Assembly (NCBI GenBank): GCA_041494705.1
Contig: JBGQBI010000002.1
Span: 90,001 to 122,000, forward strand
DNA: 32,000 nt
Direction of reading: 5' to 3'
Source: Candidatus Methanoperedens sp.
GTDB taxonomy: Archaea > Halobacteriota > Methanosarcinia > Methanosarcinales > Methanoperedenaceae
The number at the start of each line of letters is the position of its first letter. The first letter of the stretch is position 1. A model generated the notes under the pieces. It saw only the letters and a list, made by a program, of their open reading frames with translations, made no database searches and was not told where the DNA came from. Shown one piece after another: positions 17,104 through 25,246 of this stretch. The position numbers were made by a program, and so were the translations under genes.

Positions 17104-18474
17104 TCAGTCACCTCCCGAATAGGCGGGCATGTTGCCGGTAGCCGTTTGTCCTGACGTCTTCCCTGAGAGCCCCAATATTTTCAGGAGTTTCGTTGGAAGG
17201 TTTTTCAGTTCTGCCATTAGCGATTCGTAGAACGCTGGCGTGTCAGAAGTATTTTTGGATTTTTCGATTGGGGGAGCGGGAGAAGTCTCAGCAGGGGCGA
17301 TATGAACTTCCGTGGGAACAGCCTTTGCAAATGTTATCTGTACAGGATTTGATATGCCTGAACCTGTAATAGCTTGCGTTTTTCCTTCGGGGTCGTAGCA
17401 TGACCTGTACTCATCAAATGTGAAGTTAGCCGGAGGCAGTGAGATATTACCAGATAGATTATTTATTTTTAATACATAACTCTGATTATAAGACGTCTCT
17501 GGTTGCAGGACAATGCTGAAATTCCGATCACCGCGAAGCATCTCCATACCAGGAACAAAAGAATCCCATACTTTTACCGAAGCTGCCCTGCTCCCGTTGT
17601 TTTTTACGCTCAAGTTTATCGTAACATTGCCTTCCTTCTCCATATCAACGGTTTTTGATAAAATAATATCAGAAGAGCGTAAAATGAAACTTAGATTGCC
17701 GGTGGATAAATTATATGTTTTATTATACCTGCCTATGTAAAGCATTGCAGGTGGCAGGCTGTATTCCGCTCCCGCGACTGGCTTAAGAGGCTTGATTTTA
17801 TAGGCGGTCTGCCACATCTCACCGCTGTGCAGGGATATGCTCCACTTCAAATCATGTGGTTCTGATACAAAACCGTCTCCAACACTGTCTCCCACCCCGA
17901 TATTCGAAAAATTTAAATTTCCAATGCTTTCAACAGTTATTGTAATAGGGATGAACTGGTTGCAAGGATTTATATTAGCCTCTGCGGGCACGGTCTTGGT
18001 GATCGTCAGGTTTTTTGCAATATCAAAATCACTTTCATTCATTTTTATCAGTATTTTAAGCTCTGCATAAGGCGTGGGTATGTGATAACCTGTGACAACA
18101 TCCTGCGCAATTATCCTGAGTGAGCTTTCATCATCTTCATATGAGGTTTCATTAAAAAAATCGGCGCCGTCGATGGTAATGTTTTTCTCTGCTAACACAG
18201 CGTCCAGTATATGATTACTATCCTTGTATATCTTTAAAAATACCCAGTCATCACACCCAAAAATTCGCCTATTAACGCCATCGGTTTCAGTTTTACATTT
18301 TTCTGGATTTTCTTCTACGGTTCCGGGCCTGAAATCCACCGCTGTTATATTATAATTGTAAAAACTGACGCTTTCACCCCAATTGAGACGTACATCATGT
18401 TCTTCCCAGTCAGATGCCGCTCCTGCCACTGCCAATATATTCAGCCCGATAATAAGCAACAGAATAGCCCTCAT
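17104..18474 (-). CDS. Secreted, sequon-rich cell-surface protein (beta-sandwich/CARDB- or DUF11-like segment)
   Basis: I prefer ATG 18474 (MRAILLLIIGLNILAVAGAAS..., Sec-type signal peptide). The ORF-track start 18552 would overlap the upstream gene. About 18 N-x-S/T sequons by eye. The segment ILSKTVDMEKEGNVTINLSVKNNGSRAASVKVWDSFVPG looks CARDB/DUF11-like. Confidence 0.65.
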   Translation of the reverse strand: MRAILLLIIGLNILAVAGAASDWEEHDVRLNWGESVSFYNYNITAVDFRPGTVEENPEKCKTETDGVNRRIFGCDDWVFLKIYKDSNHILDAVLAEKNITIDGADFFNETSYEDDESSLRIIAQDVVTGYHIPTPYAELKILIKMNESDFDIAKNLTITKTVPAEANINPCNQFIPITITVESIGNLNFSNIGVGDSVGDGFVSEPHDLKWSISLHSGEMWQTAYKIKPLKPVAGAEYSLPPAMLYIGRYNKTYNLSTGNLSFILRSSDIILSKTVDMEKEGNVTINLSVKNNGSRAASVKVWDSFVPGMEMLRGDRNFSIVLQPETSYNQSYVLKINNLSGNISLPPANFTFDEYRSCYDPEGKTQAITGSGISNPVQITFAKAVPTEVHIAPAETSPAPPIEKSKNTSDTPAFYESLMAELKNLPTKLLKILGLSGKTSGQTATGNMPAYSGGD

Positions 18475-18529
18475 TGTCTGAAAATAGAATAAAGCCCTAT
18501 TAGGTTTTTTTGTATATAGTGTATATAAT

Positions 18530-19540
18530 CTATATACTTTTAGAGAAGTCAATGGCTAACTCAGCGATGTTTGCAGCATAATCCCCGATTCTTTTCACGC
18601 TGTCTGCTATGAGCCCTAAGGACATGACAGCGTCAGGACTTAAAGTGGTTGCCTGGTTTCTGACTATATGCAAATCCTCGCCTATTTTTTTATGTTCTTC
18701 AATAACCCTGTTTGCAAGCTCTACATTGCATTTTGTAAAAGAAACAACCGAATCATTGACGAGTTTATGTGATATGGTACAAATCTTAACGATCTCATCG
18801 AGCATGCCTTGAGGAATTTTTTCACCTGATTCCAGTATTATACCGGCGATCTTACCCGCATGGTCTGACATACGCTCTAAATGGTCGCTTGCCAGCCTGT
18901 AGTAGAAGGCTCCTATCAACCCCAGTTCACTCTTTTCTGATATCCTTGAATGGAGTAAAATATCCATGAACTGTTTTGATATCAATAGATGGAGGCGGTC
19001 AATCTCATCATCCTGCCTTACGACTTCAGAGGCAATGGAAACTTCCTTCGTTTTCATTGCCTTGATGGTGTTGTCAAGCATCCACTGCACTTTTATATGC
19101 ATGCGCCGAAAGCTCATATCGATAGGCATATCTCCCGGATTCAAGATATCCTGAATAACTATTCTCTCGTGCGTTTCATCGATGATTTCAATGCCTATCA
19201 ATTTTTTGACGATAGCTGTTATATCTTTTTTCTGCTCATGTGTGATATTTTTGGCTTTAAGTTCAATCACACGATACCCGGCAACGTAGGTGGCTATTAT
19301 ATCTCTTATCAGCGGCTCGCCCACCCTTCCATCTATGGTTAAGGTCTTTGGACCCTGAGGCGCAAAACTGCCGTTTGAAGTTAAAAGAAGAGTACCATCC
19401 TCCTGCGGATGCATGTGAACAAGGGAACCGGCGGTTATCCCGGTACTGACAGCCCATTTCTTGGGAAGAGAGACGACATATGTCGATTTCCCTGTTATCT
19501 GGACTTTTCTTATTTCTGCGTTTGTCTTTTTAATTTTCAT
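18530..19540 (-). CDS. AbrB/SpoVT-domain plus PhoU-domain transcriptional regulator (paralog 1)
   Basis: 336 aa. The N-terminal looped-hinge-helix-type segment is RKVQITGKSTYVVSLPKKWAVSTGITAGSLVHMH. The C-terminal part has two PhoU repeats (DDEIDRLH...LERMSDHAGKIA and IGEDLH...VKRIGDYAANIAE). Confidence 0.85.
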   Translation of the reverse strand: MKIKKTNAEIRKVQITGKSTYVVSLPKKWAVSTGITAGSLVHMHPQEDGTLLLTSNGSFAPQGPKTLTIDGRVGEPLIRDIIATYVAGYRVIELKAKNITHEQKKDITAIVKKLIGIEIIDETHERIVIQDILNPGDMPIDMSFRRMHIKVQWMLDNTIKAMKTKEVSIASEVVRQDDEIDRLHLLISKQFMDILLHSRISEKSELGLIGAFYYRLASDHLERMSDHAGKIAGIILESGEKIPQGMLDEIVKICTISHKLVNDSVVSFTKCNVELANRVIEEHKKIGEDLHIVRNQATTLSPDAVMSLGLIADSVKRIGDYAANIAELAIDFSKSI

Positions 19541-19575
19541 ATCTCTACATAGTTTTTCCGATGAGGATATATATG

Positions 19576-19616
19576 TTCTCCCAAGAATCTATATAATATA
19601 TATAAAATCAGTAAAT
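19576..19616. promoter_or_regulatory. Copy d of the recurrent intergenic motif, upstream of AbrB-PhoU paralog 1
   Basis: ttctcccaagaatctatataatatatataaaatcagtaaat. It is 38/41 identical to the pstS copy and lies 36 nt upstream of ATG 19540. Confidence 0.6.
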
Positions 19617-19648
19617 CCTGTTTTAATTTTATTATTTTGAAAAAAATA

Positions 19649-19669
19649 GTCTATATTTTCTATATAGAC
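19649..19669. promoter_or_regulatory. Inverted repeat GTCTATAT-N5-ATATAGAC in the promoter region of the secretion ATPase operon
   Basis: gtctatat tttct atatagac, about 40-60 nt upstream of ATG 19708. It contains a TATA-like CTATATAG and shares ATATAGAC with the pstS motif copy. Confidence 0.45.
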
Positions 19670-19707
19670 AAATTATTAATTTAATTCACACATTTCACAC
19701 ACTTAGA

Positions 19708-21519
19708 ATGAAAACATTGATTGAAGGCTTTAATCTTGGCAGTTTATCTCATTATCCAAAACGCATTGGCGGGTATCTTTCTCCAAGCCGCATAAAAGGT
19801 TATCCAAAACTCATTGGTGGGTATCTTTTTCCAGGCCGCATCATAGATGGAAATGGCAACGGGAATAAACAGAATGGGAATGATGGGCTTGAAGTGCATC
19901 TTAAGCAACTTGAGGAACAAATACTGGGCAGGCGGGAGGAGAGTAAACAAAATATCATGGACATACTTCACTCCTTCAAAGAAAAACCCATCCGTGAATT
20001 AAACATAACCTATCCGATCAACCCGCCTTACCAGTTTGTCCAAATCGCGTTTGATAGTGATACCGAAGAACTCCTGTACATGCCGCTTGAGCCTGTTCTT
20101 GACAAAGCAGAGAAGGAACTCTTCCAGAGAATAAAAGGTATCTTTGAGAAAGAGTTGAATAGGGAGAGCTTGCAGGCTAACCAACAGATATACATCGAAA
20201 AGAGGGCAGCAGAAATTATTGACACATACAGCATAAACGCAGGCAAGACTGCCCTGGATAAAGCGCTTTATTTTCTCAAGAGGGATTTCATCGGTTATGG
20301 TGAGATAGACCTGCTGATGAACGACCCCATGATAGAAGATATAAGCTGCAATGGCCCCGGCAGACCTATTTACTTGTATCACCGCGTCTTTGAATCCCTG
20401 CGGACAAAGATGAAGTTTGAAAGCGAATACAGGTTAAATTCTTTTATATTAAAGATGGCGCAAATTTCAGGGAGGCATATATCGGTGCTTGACCCCATAA
20501 CAGACGCCACCTTACCTGACGGCAGCAGGGTTAACCTCACCTACAGCAACGAAGTGACCAGGAAAGGCTCATCCTTCACTATCCGGCGGTTCAAGAGCGA
20601 GCCTATCTCCTTTATAGATATAATGAAATACGGTACCTTAAATGCTAAGCAGCTTGCCTACCTGTGGTTGCTGGTGGAGTACGGCAAGTCAATACTGGTC
20701 TCGGGCGGCACCGCCTCAGGGAAAACAACACTATTAAACGGCATCTGCCTTTTCATAAAACCCGAGGCAAAGATTGTGAGCCTCGAAGATACAGCAGAGA
20801 TAAATATACCCCACGATAACTGGATACAATCCATAACAAGGAGCGGTTTTGGAAGGGGGGAGGGGTCTTCCAAACGCGGGGATATCGGTCTATATGAACT
20901 GTTAACCGCAGCACTGCGGCAGCGTCCAGAGTACATAATAGTTGGAGAAGTCAGGGGGGCAGAGGCAAGCACACTCTTTCAGGCAATCTCAGTCGGTCAT
21001 GCCGCTATGGGTACAATACATGCAAGCTCCGTGGAAGAACTCATTAATCGCATTGAATCACCGCCTATGAACGTTCCTCGCAGCCAGCTTGCAAGTCTTG
21101 ATCTTGCGATATTTATAAACAGAATCCGTATTAACAACAGCTATGCCAGGCGGATTGTGAACATGGTGGAGATACATGGGATTGATTCCGGGACAAAGAA
21201 TCTCGTCACGAATAATGTTTTCCATTGGGATCCTTTTAGCGACTCTTTCAACTACAAAGGCAAAAGCTCTCTCCTGGAAGATATAGCCAGTGAACACGGA
21301 ATCAAACTTGAATACTTAGAGAAGGAGATGGAACTGAGGGAGAAGGTGATTGAGTGGATGTCCAGACAGGGAATTATCCATTACAGGGATGTGGCAAAAA
21401 CCCTCAAGGCATATTACAATTCTCCTGATGAACTCATGAAAAAAATAATAATTCTAAAAGAAGTAATGCCAAAAAAAGCACGCAAGCCGAGGGCCTTAAA
21501 GTCTGGTAAAAAACGCTAA
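19708..21519 (+). CDS. FlaI/PilB/GspE-family type IV pilus-like secretion ATPase
   Basis: 603 aa. Walker A GGTASGKTTLLNG, Asp box/Walker B RQRPEYIIVGEVRGAEA, His box TIHASS. It also has the archaeal N-terminal domain pattern YPINPPYQFVQI...YMPLEPVL. An alternative internal start is ATG 19957. Confidence 0.9.
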   Translation: MKTLIEGFNLGSLSHYPKRIGGYLSPSRIKGYPKLIGGYLFPGRIIDGNGNGNKQNGNDGLEVHLKQLEEQILGRREESKQNIMDILHSFKEKPIRELNITYPINPPYQFVQIAFDSDTEELLYMPLEPVLDKAEKELFQRIKGIFEKELNRESLQANQQIYIEKRAAEIIDTYSINAGKTALDKALYFLKRDFIGYGEIDLLMNDPMIEDISCNGPGRPIYLYHRVFESLRTKMKFESEYRLNSFILKMAQISGRHISVLDPITDATLPDGSRVNLTYSNEVTRKGSSFTIRRFKSEPISFIDIMKYGTLNAKQLAYLWLLVEYGKSILVSGGTASGKTTLLNGICLFIKPEAKIVSLEDTAEINIPHDNWIQSITRSGFGRGEGSSKRGDIGLYELLTAALRQRPEYIIVGEVRGAEASTLFQAISVGHAAMGTIHASSVEELINRIESPPMNVPRSQLASLDLAIFINRIRINNSYARRIVNMVEIHGIDSGTKNLVTNNVFHWDPFSDSFNYKGKSSLLEDIASEHGIKLEYLEKEMELREKVIEWMSRQGIIHYRDVAKTLKAYYNSPDELMKKIIILKEVMPKKARKPRALKSGKKR

Positions 21520-21522
21520 ACT

Positions 21523-22383
21523 ATGAATACATTATACAAGAAGTTATGCTACCGCATGGTGGGGAGATACATAGAAGGAAGCAGCCTGGAAACTGAATTC
21601 TCAACGCTCCTTTACCAGGCAGAAATTAAAATGAGCGGAAACATGTTTCTCTCAGTCTTGTTAACAAGTTCTCTCATACTATCCCTCGCCGTCGGAGGTG
21701 TTTTTTACATTCTTTCCATCGAACTGGTTCCTCCTCTTTTTGCTGCTCTACTGGCTTTTGCCGCCCCCGCAGGGGTTATTTATTTCCAGCTCACCTCAAA
21801 AATCCAGAACAGGCGTCTTGCCATTGACAGCAATCTACCTTTTGCTATCAGCCATATGTCTATACTGGCATCGATAGGGACAACACCCCTGAATCTCTTG
21901 CGTATGGTTGCTTCTGCCGACCACGGCGAAGTTTCAGCCGAGCTAAAAAAAATTCTCTATTCTGTGGATACGCTGGGCAAGGATGTTATAGCTGCTGTCC
22001 TGGAAGTTGCAAGAACTACCCCTTCTCCGCACATGCGCTCCCTGCTCATAGAAATTACAAGGATGATACACACTGGCGGCGGCATGGAAGCATACCTGCA
22101 CAACAGGCTTGACCAGCTCCTGGAAATAAAACGGCAGGTGCAAAAAGAACTCAACCAGTCCCTTGCCCTCTTCAGCGAGATGTATATTACATTCATAAGC
22201 ACGGGTGTTATTATGGCCGTGCTTGGTGTAACTGTGGGGAGCATTCTCATGGGAGGGAAGATAGGACCGTTCCAGGCAAGCGATCTCTTTAGCATATTCG
22301 TATATTTTATTATGCCTGTAACAAATGTTCTATTCTTTGTACTTCTGATGATGGTATATTCGCCTCACGGGGAGCAGAAATGA
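21523..22383 (+). CDS. T2SS-F domain membrane platform protein (FlaJ/TadB-like), first half-size gene
   Basis: 286 aa. It has N-terminal TM helices, then a cytoplasmic helical domain, then C-terminal TM helices. It starts 3 nt after the ATPase stop. Confidence 0.75.
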   Translation: MNTLYKKLCYRMVGRYIEGSSLETEFSTLLYQAEIKMSGNMFLSVLLTSSLILSLAVGGVFYILSIELVPPLFAALLAFAAPAGVIYFQLTSKIQNRRLAIDSNLPFAISHMSILASIGTTPLNLLRMVASADHGEVSAELKKILYSVDTLGKDVIAAVLEVARTTPSPHMRSLLIEITRMIHTGGGMEAYLHNRLDQLLEIKRQVQKELNQSLALFSEMYITFISTGVIMAVLGVTVGSILMGGKIGPFQASDLFSIFVYFIMPVTNVLFFVLLMMVYSPHGEQK

Positions 22384-23363
22384 GAGATTTAAAAAAAATA
22401 TATAACAAATATAACTTAAAAAGAGAACACATTATCCTGCTGCTTCCGGCATTGATAGCAGTAATCTTAATCGTGATTAGCATACTCCCTGCTGTACTCC
22501 CTGCAGGACAGGAAAAACAAGAATATATTTACACACCAGTAGAAGGCAACACAACAGATGTAGTACCAATCACAAATGATCATGGGGTGCCCAAAAATCT
22601 TGACCAGATTATAGTATTTGCTGTCTTGATAGCGATAACGCCTTACAGCATAGAGGTTTATCTTATCAAGAAAAGGACAACGAGATACGAGGAGGAGTAT
22701 ATCGGCTTTCTATACGAGTTCTCTGAACTCCTGCGCGGCGGTCTTGACCCTCTGGGCGCTATAAAGGAGATTGCTTCTCCCGCTTTAGAGACAGAACGCA
22801 GTCTGCAAGCCCTCAGTCCTCACTTAAAAAAAGCTGCAGCACAGATAGAGTGGGGCGTTTCTTTTGAAACGGTTATTGCCAGCATGGCAGAGTCCCTGAA
22901 AAGCCCGCTGCTTAGCAAATATAGCAAACTCATCGTCCAGGCATCGAGACTTGGTGCAATGAGCCCGGCTATCATTCTAAAATGTGCAGATGATCTTGAA
23001 AAAACCCTCCAACTGGAGCATGAAAAGGAAGCTGCCCTAAAGGAATACCTTTTCATAATCTATGCAGCACAATTCATCCTTATCGGCTTGATATTTCTCC
23101 TTAACACCACTCTTCTTCCTTCAGTCCTCAGCATGTTTGGGACGGGAGTGGGGGGGAAAGGTTCACCTCTTGGCATCGCGGCTCCTTCAATAAGTCTTGC
23201 CGGCTTTAAGACCGGTTTTTTCCATGTGATAATGATTAACGCCTTCGCAAGTGGCATCATCGCAGGACAGCTCACTGCGGGTAAGGCGAGGCATGGATTA
23301 AGCCATTCGGTTATATTGATTTTAATAAGCTATACCGCCAGCCTTACATTTCTGCTGAAGTAA
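22380..23363 (+). CDS. T2SS-F domain membrane platform protein (FlaJ/TadC-like), second half-size gene
   Basis: 327 aa with the same TM-soluble-TM layout. ATGA overlap with the previous gene. Confidence 0.7.
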   Translation: MRDLKKIYNKYNLKREHIILLLPALIAVILIVISILPAVLPAGQEKQEYIYTPVEGNTTDVVPITNDHGVPKNLDQIIVFAVLIAITPYSIEVYLIKKRTTRYEEEYIGFLYEFSELLRGGLDPLGAIKEIASPALETERSLQALSPHLKKAAAQIEWGVSFETVIASMAESLKSPLLSKYSKLIVQASRLGAMSPAIILKCADDLEKTLQLEHEKEAALKEYLFIIYAAQFILIGLIFLLNTTLLPSVLSMFGTGVGGKGSPLGIAAPSISLAGFKTGFFHVIMINAFASGIIAGQLTAGKARHGLSHSVILILISYTASLTFLLK

Positions 23364-23370
23364 TAAAAAA

Positions 23371-24231
23371 TTATTTACAACTTTTCGCAATTATAGGCAT
23401 ACCGGCATTGCATGCCTTGGATAAGGCATCATCCATGTTTTTAAGCAGCGCCCTTGGATTCCCGTGGACTTTTGAATTTAAGCTGTATACAAACTCTCTG
23501 GTGAAAGGAAAAAGGAAGTCCATATTCTGAACAGACCTGCTTACTGCGAGCCTCTTTGCGACCAGAAGCTCGGCTTCTTTATCCTCAAGTCCATCCAGCA
23601 TATAAAGCTTGTTTATCCGCTCTATGAAAGAAGGATTTGTTTCCCGGATGCCTTTGAAAATTTCTTTATTGCAGGTAAAACAGAGCAAGCTTCCAGCCTT
23701 CAGGTTGTTCACAAGGGCGGTGAGGAATTCCATGAAATTATTATCCCCGCAATCAATGTTGTCCAGCAAAATATAGGATGGTTTCTGCTCTTTTAGCATC
23801 ATTGATGCCAGTATCCCAAGCTCGACTGGCTCTTTTTTCTGTTTTAATGATTTTTTTATTTCTTTAACATATTGAGGAGGCCGAAGCCTCCCCATAAAAC
23901 CCATCTTACCATATATCTGTTTCAGCCCGCTATCGAATAAACTCTTTATATTCAATGCGTAGTTGCGCTCAACACCTAAAAAAATATGGAAAATACCGCT
24001 TTTAACTGCTACCTCCTCAAGCCATCGCAGCCTCTGGGTTTTTCCAATACCCAGTTCTCCTACAAAAGCCACCACAGCCCTTCCTCCCTCCGATAACTCC
24101 CCAACTATACCTGCCAATTCACTGTCCATCTTCTGGTTCACATGCAATAAGTAGATACCCCCTATCGCCTCAGCCGATACCTCCCGAAAAGGATTCGAAT
24201 TCAAACCATATAGCTTATATTCATTCGTCAT
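23371..24231 (-). CDS. ExeA/GspA-like AAA (AAA_22-type) P-loop ATPase
   Basis: 286 aa. The N-terminal YGLNSNPF is followed by Walker A GELGIGKTQ, Walker B YILLDNID and a C-terminal GNPRALL. This arrangement is reminiscent of ExeA/ORC-type ATPases. By eye. Confidence 0.55.
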   Translation of the reverse strand: MTNEYKLYGLNSNPFREVSAEAIGGIYLLHVNQKMDSELAGIVGELSEGGRAVVAFVGELGIGKTQRLRWLEEVAVKSGIFHIFLGVERNYALNIKSLFDSGLKQIYGKMGFMGRLRPPQYVKEIKKSLKQKKEPVELGILASMMLKEQKPSYILLDNIDCGDNNFMEFLTALVNNLKAGSLLCFTCNKEIFKGIRETNPSFIERINKLYMLDGLEDKEAELLVAKRLAVSRSVQNMDFLFPFTREFVYSLNSKVHGNPRALLKNMDDALSKACNAGMPIIAKSCK

Positions 24232-24387
24232 CTTCGTATCTCTGCCATATTTATACCGTTCTTCTCTACTGAAATGCTATCATGCAGGAGCTTTTAGAAC
24301 GGTTAATTAATTAACCCCTATAGTCTAAATACATCTATATACTCTATAATAGGATGCTTTATTGGGTCGAAGGGAAAAAAGTAACGT

Positions 24388-25146
24388 GTGAAGCTGCTTG
24401 AAGATGAGTCCGGGCTATCTGTAATAGTTGGAACACTGCTGTTGATACTTATCGTGGTAGCTTCGGCATCTGCCCTTGCTCTCATGGTGAACGAAGCACA
24501 GAAAAAAGAGATGGAGCAGAGGAGCCTTCGCGCTGCTGTGGAAAGTGAGAACTTAAAGATTCTTTCGTTGGCTCTCAATGATTCGGATGGCGACGGATAC
24601 TGGAATACCATGATGATAACTGTTGTGAATCTGAATACCGAGGAATCACGGATTGTTAGCGTCAATATTAATGACATGAATGCAGCAAACTACACAGATG
24701 AAGTAAAATTATACAATTTCCAGAACCAATTCCCTGTACCATCCGCAAGAAGCAGGCAGATATTCTTGAACCTTACCTCCAACTTTACCTCCCGTCTTAA
24801 CATTTCCAAGAATGATCCCATCCGGGTAATCCTGTTTACCAGCCTGACAAACAATTTTGAGCGTGTCTTTCTACCACCTGTGCCCATCATAAAAGTGAAT
24901 GTTGGATCTGAACAAATTGGAGCGTTCTATGATGTGCTCACCCTGGACGGTTCGGATTCTTTTGACCGTGAAGGCACGATTATCAAATACCAGTGGTTGG
25001 TCAGCAATGGCACAATTCTGGGCACTCCAAGCGGACAGAAAGCGAGGATGAATTTCAACCTGAGCAACACAGGTAAGTTCCAGGTCAACCTTAACGTGAC
25101 AGACAGCAACGGGATGTTGGGTTCTACCGGTTGGGAATCTCCATAA
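24388..25146 (+). CDS. Pilin-like protein (class III signal peptide) with C-terminal PKD domain
   Basis: GTG start. N-terminus: MKLLEDESG|LSVIVGTLLLILIVVASASALA. The C-terminal LTLDGSDSFDREGTIIKYQW...GKFQVNLNVTDSNG matches the PKD-domain pattern. Confidence 0.7.
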   Translation: MKLLEDESGLSVIVGTLLLILIVVASASALALMVNEAQKKEMEQRSLRAAVESENLKILSLALNDSDGDGYWNTMMITVVNLNTEESRIVSVNINDMNAANYTDEVKLYNFQNQFPVPSARSRQIFLNLTSNFTSRLNISKNDPIRVILFTSLTNNFERVFLPPVPIIKVNVGSEQIGAFYDVLTLDGSDSFDREGTIIKYQWLVSNGTILGTPSGQKARMNFNLSNTGKFQVNLNVTDSNGMLGSTGWESP

Positions 25147-25206
25147 AATCAGACCTGCAAATCTCCTTTATTTTCGATGATTCTAATTATAAAAGGTATA
25201 CATTTC

Positions 25207-25246
25207 ATTCCAAATAATCTATATATACTATAAAATATCAGTAGAT
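25207..25246. promoter_or_regulatory. Copy e of the recurrent intergenic motif, abutting the start of AbrB-PhoU paralog 2
   Basis: attccaaataatctatatatactataaaatatcagtagat. It has the same plus-strand orientation as copies a-d, but here the adjacent gene is on the plus strand. It has a 2-nt insertion in the AAAATCAGTA arm. Confidence 0.55.

Noticed and set aside
19744-21297. Minus-strand ORFs inside the secretion ATPase gene (19744-19971, 19999-20382, 20028-20246, 20658-20972, 21058-21297)
   Set aside because: They are antisense to a gene with unambiguous Walker A/B and His-box motifs.
24318-25109. Minus-strand ORFs 24318-24677, 24690-24890 and 24927-25109
   Set aside because: They are antisense to the pilin-PKD gene, whose class III leader and PKD motif support the plus strand.
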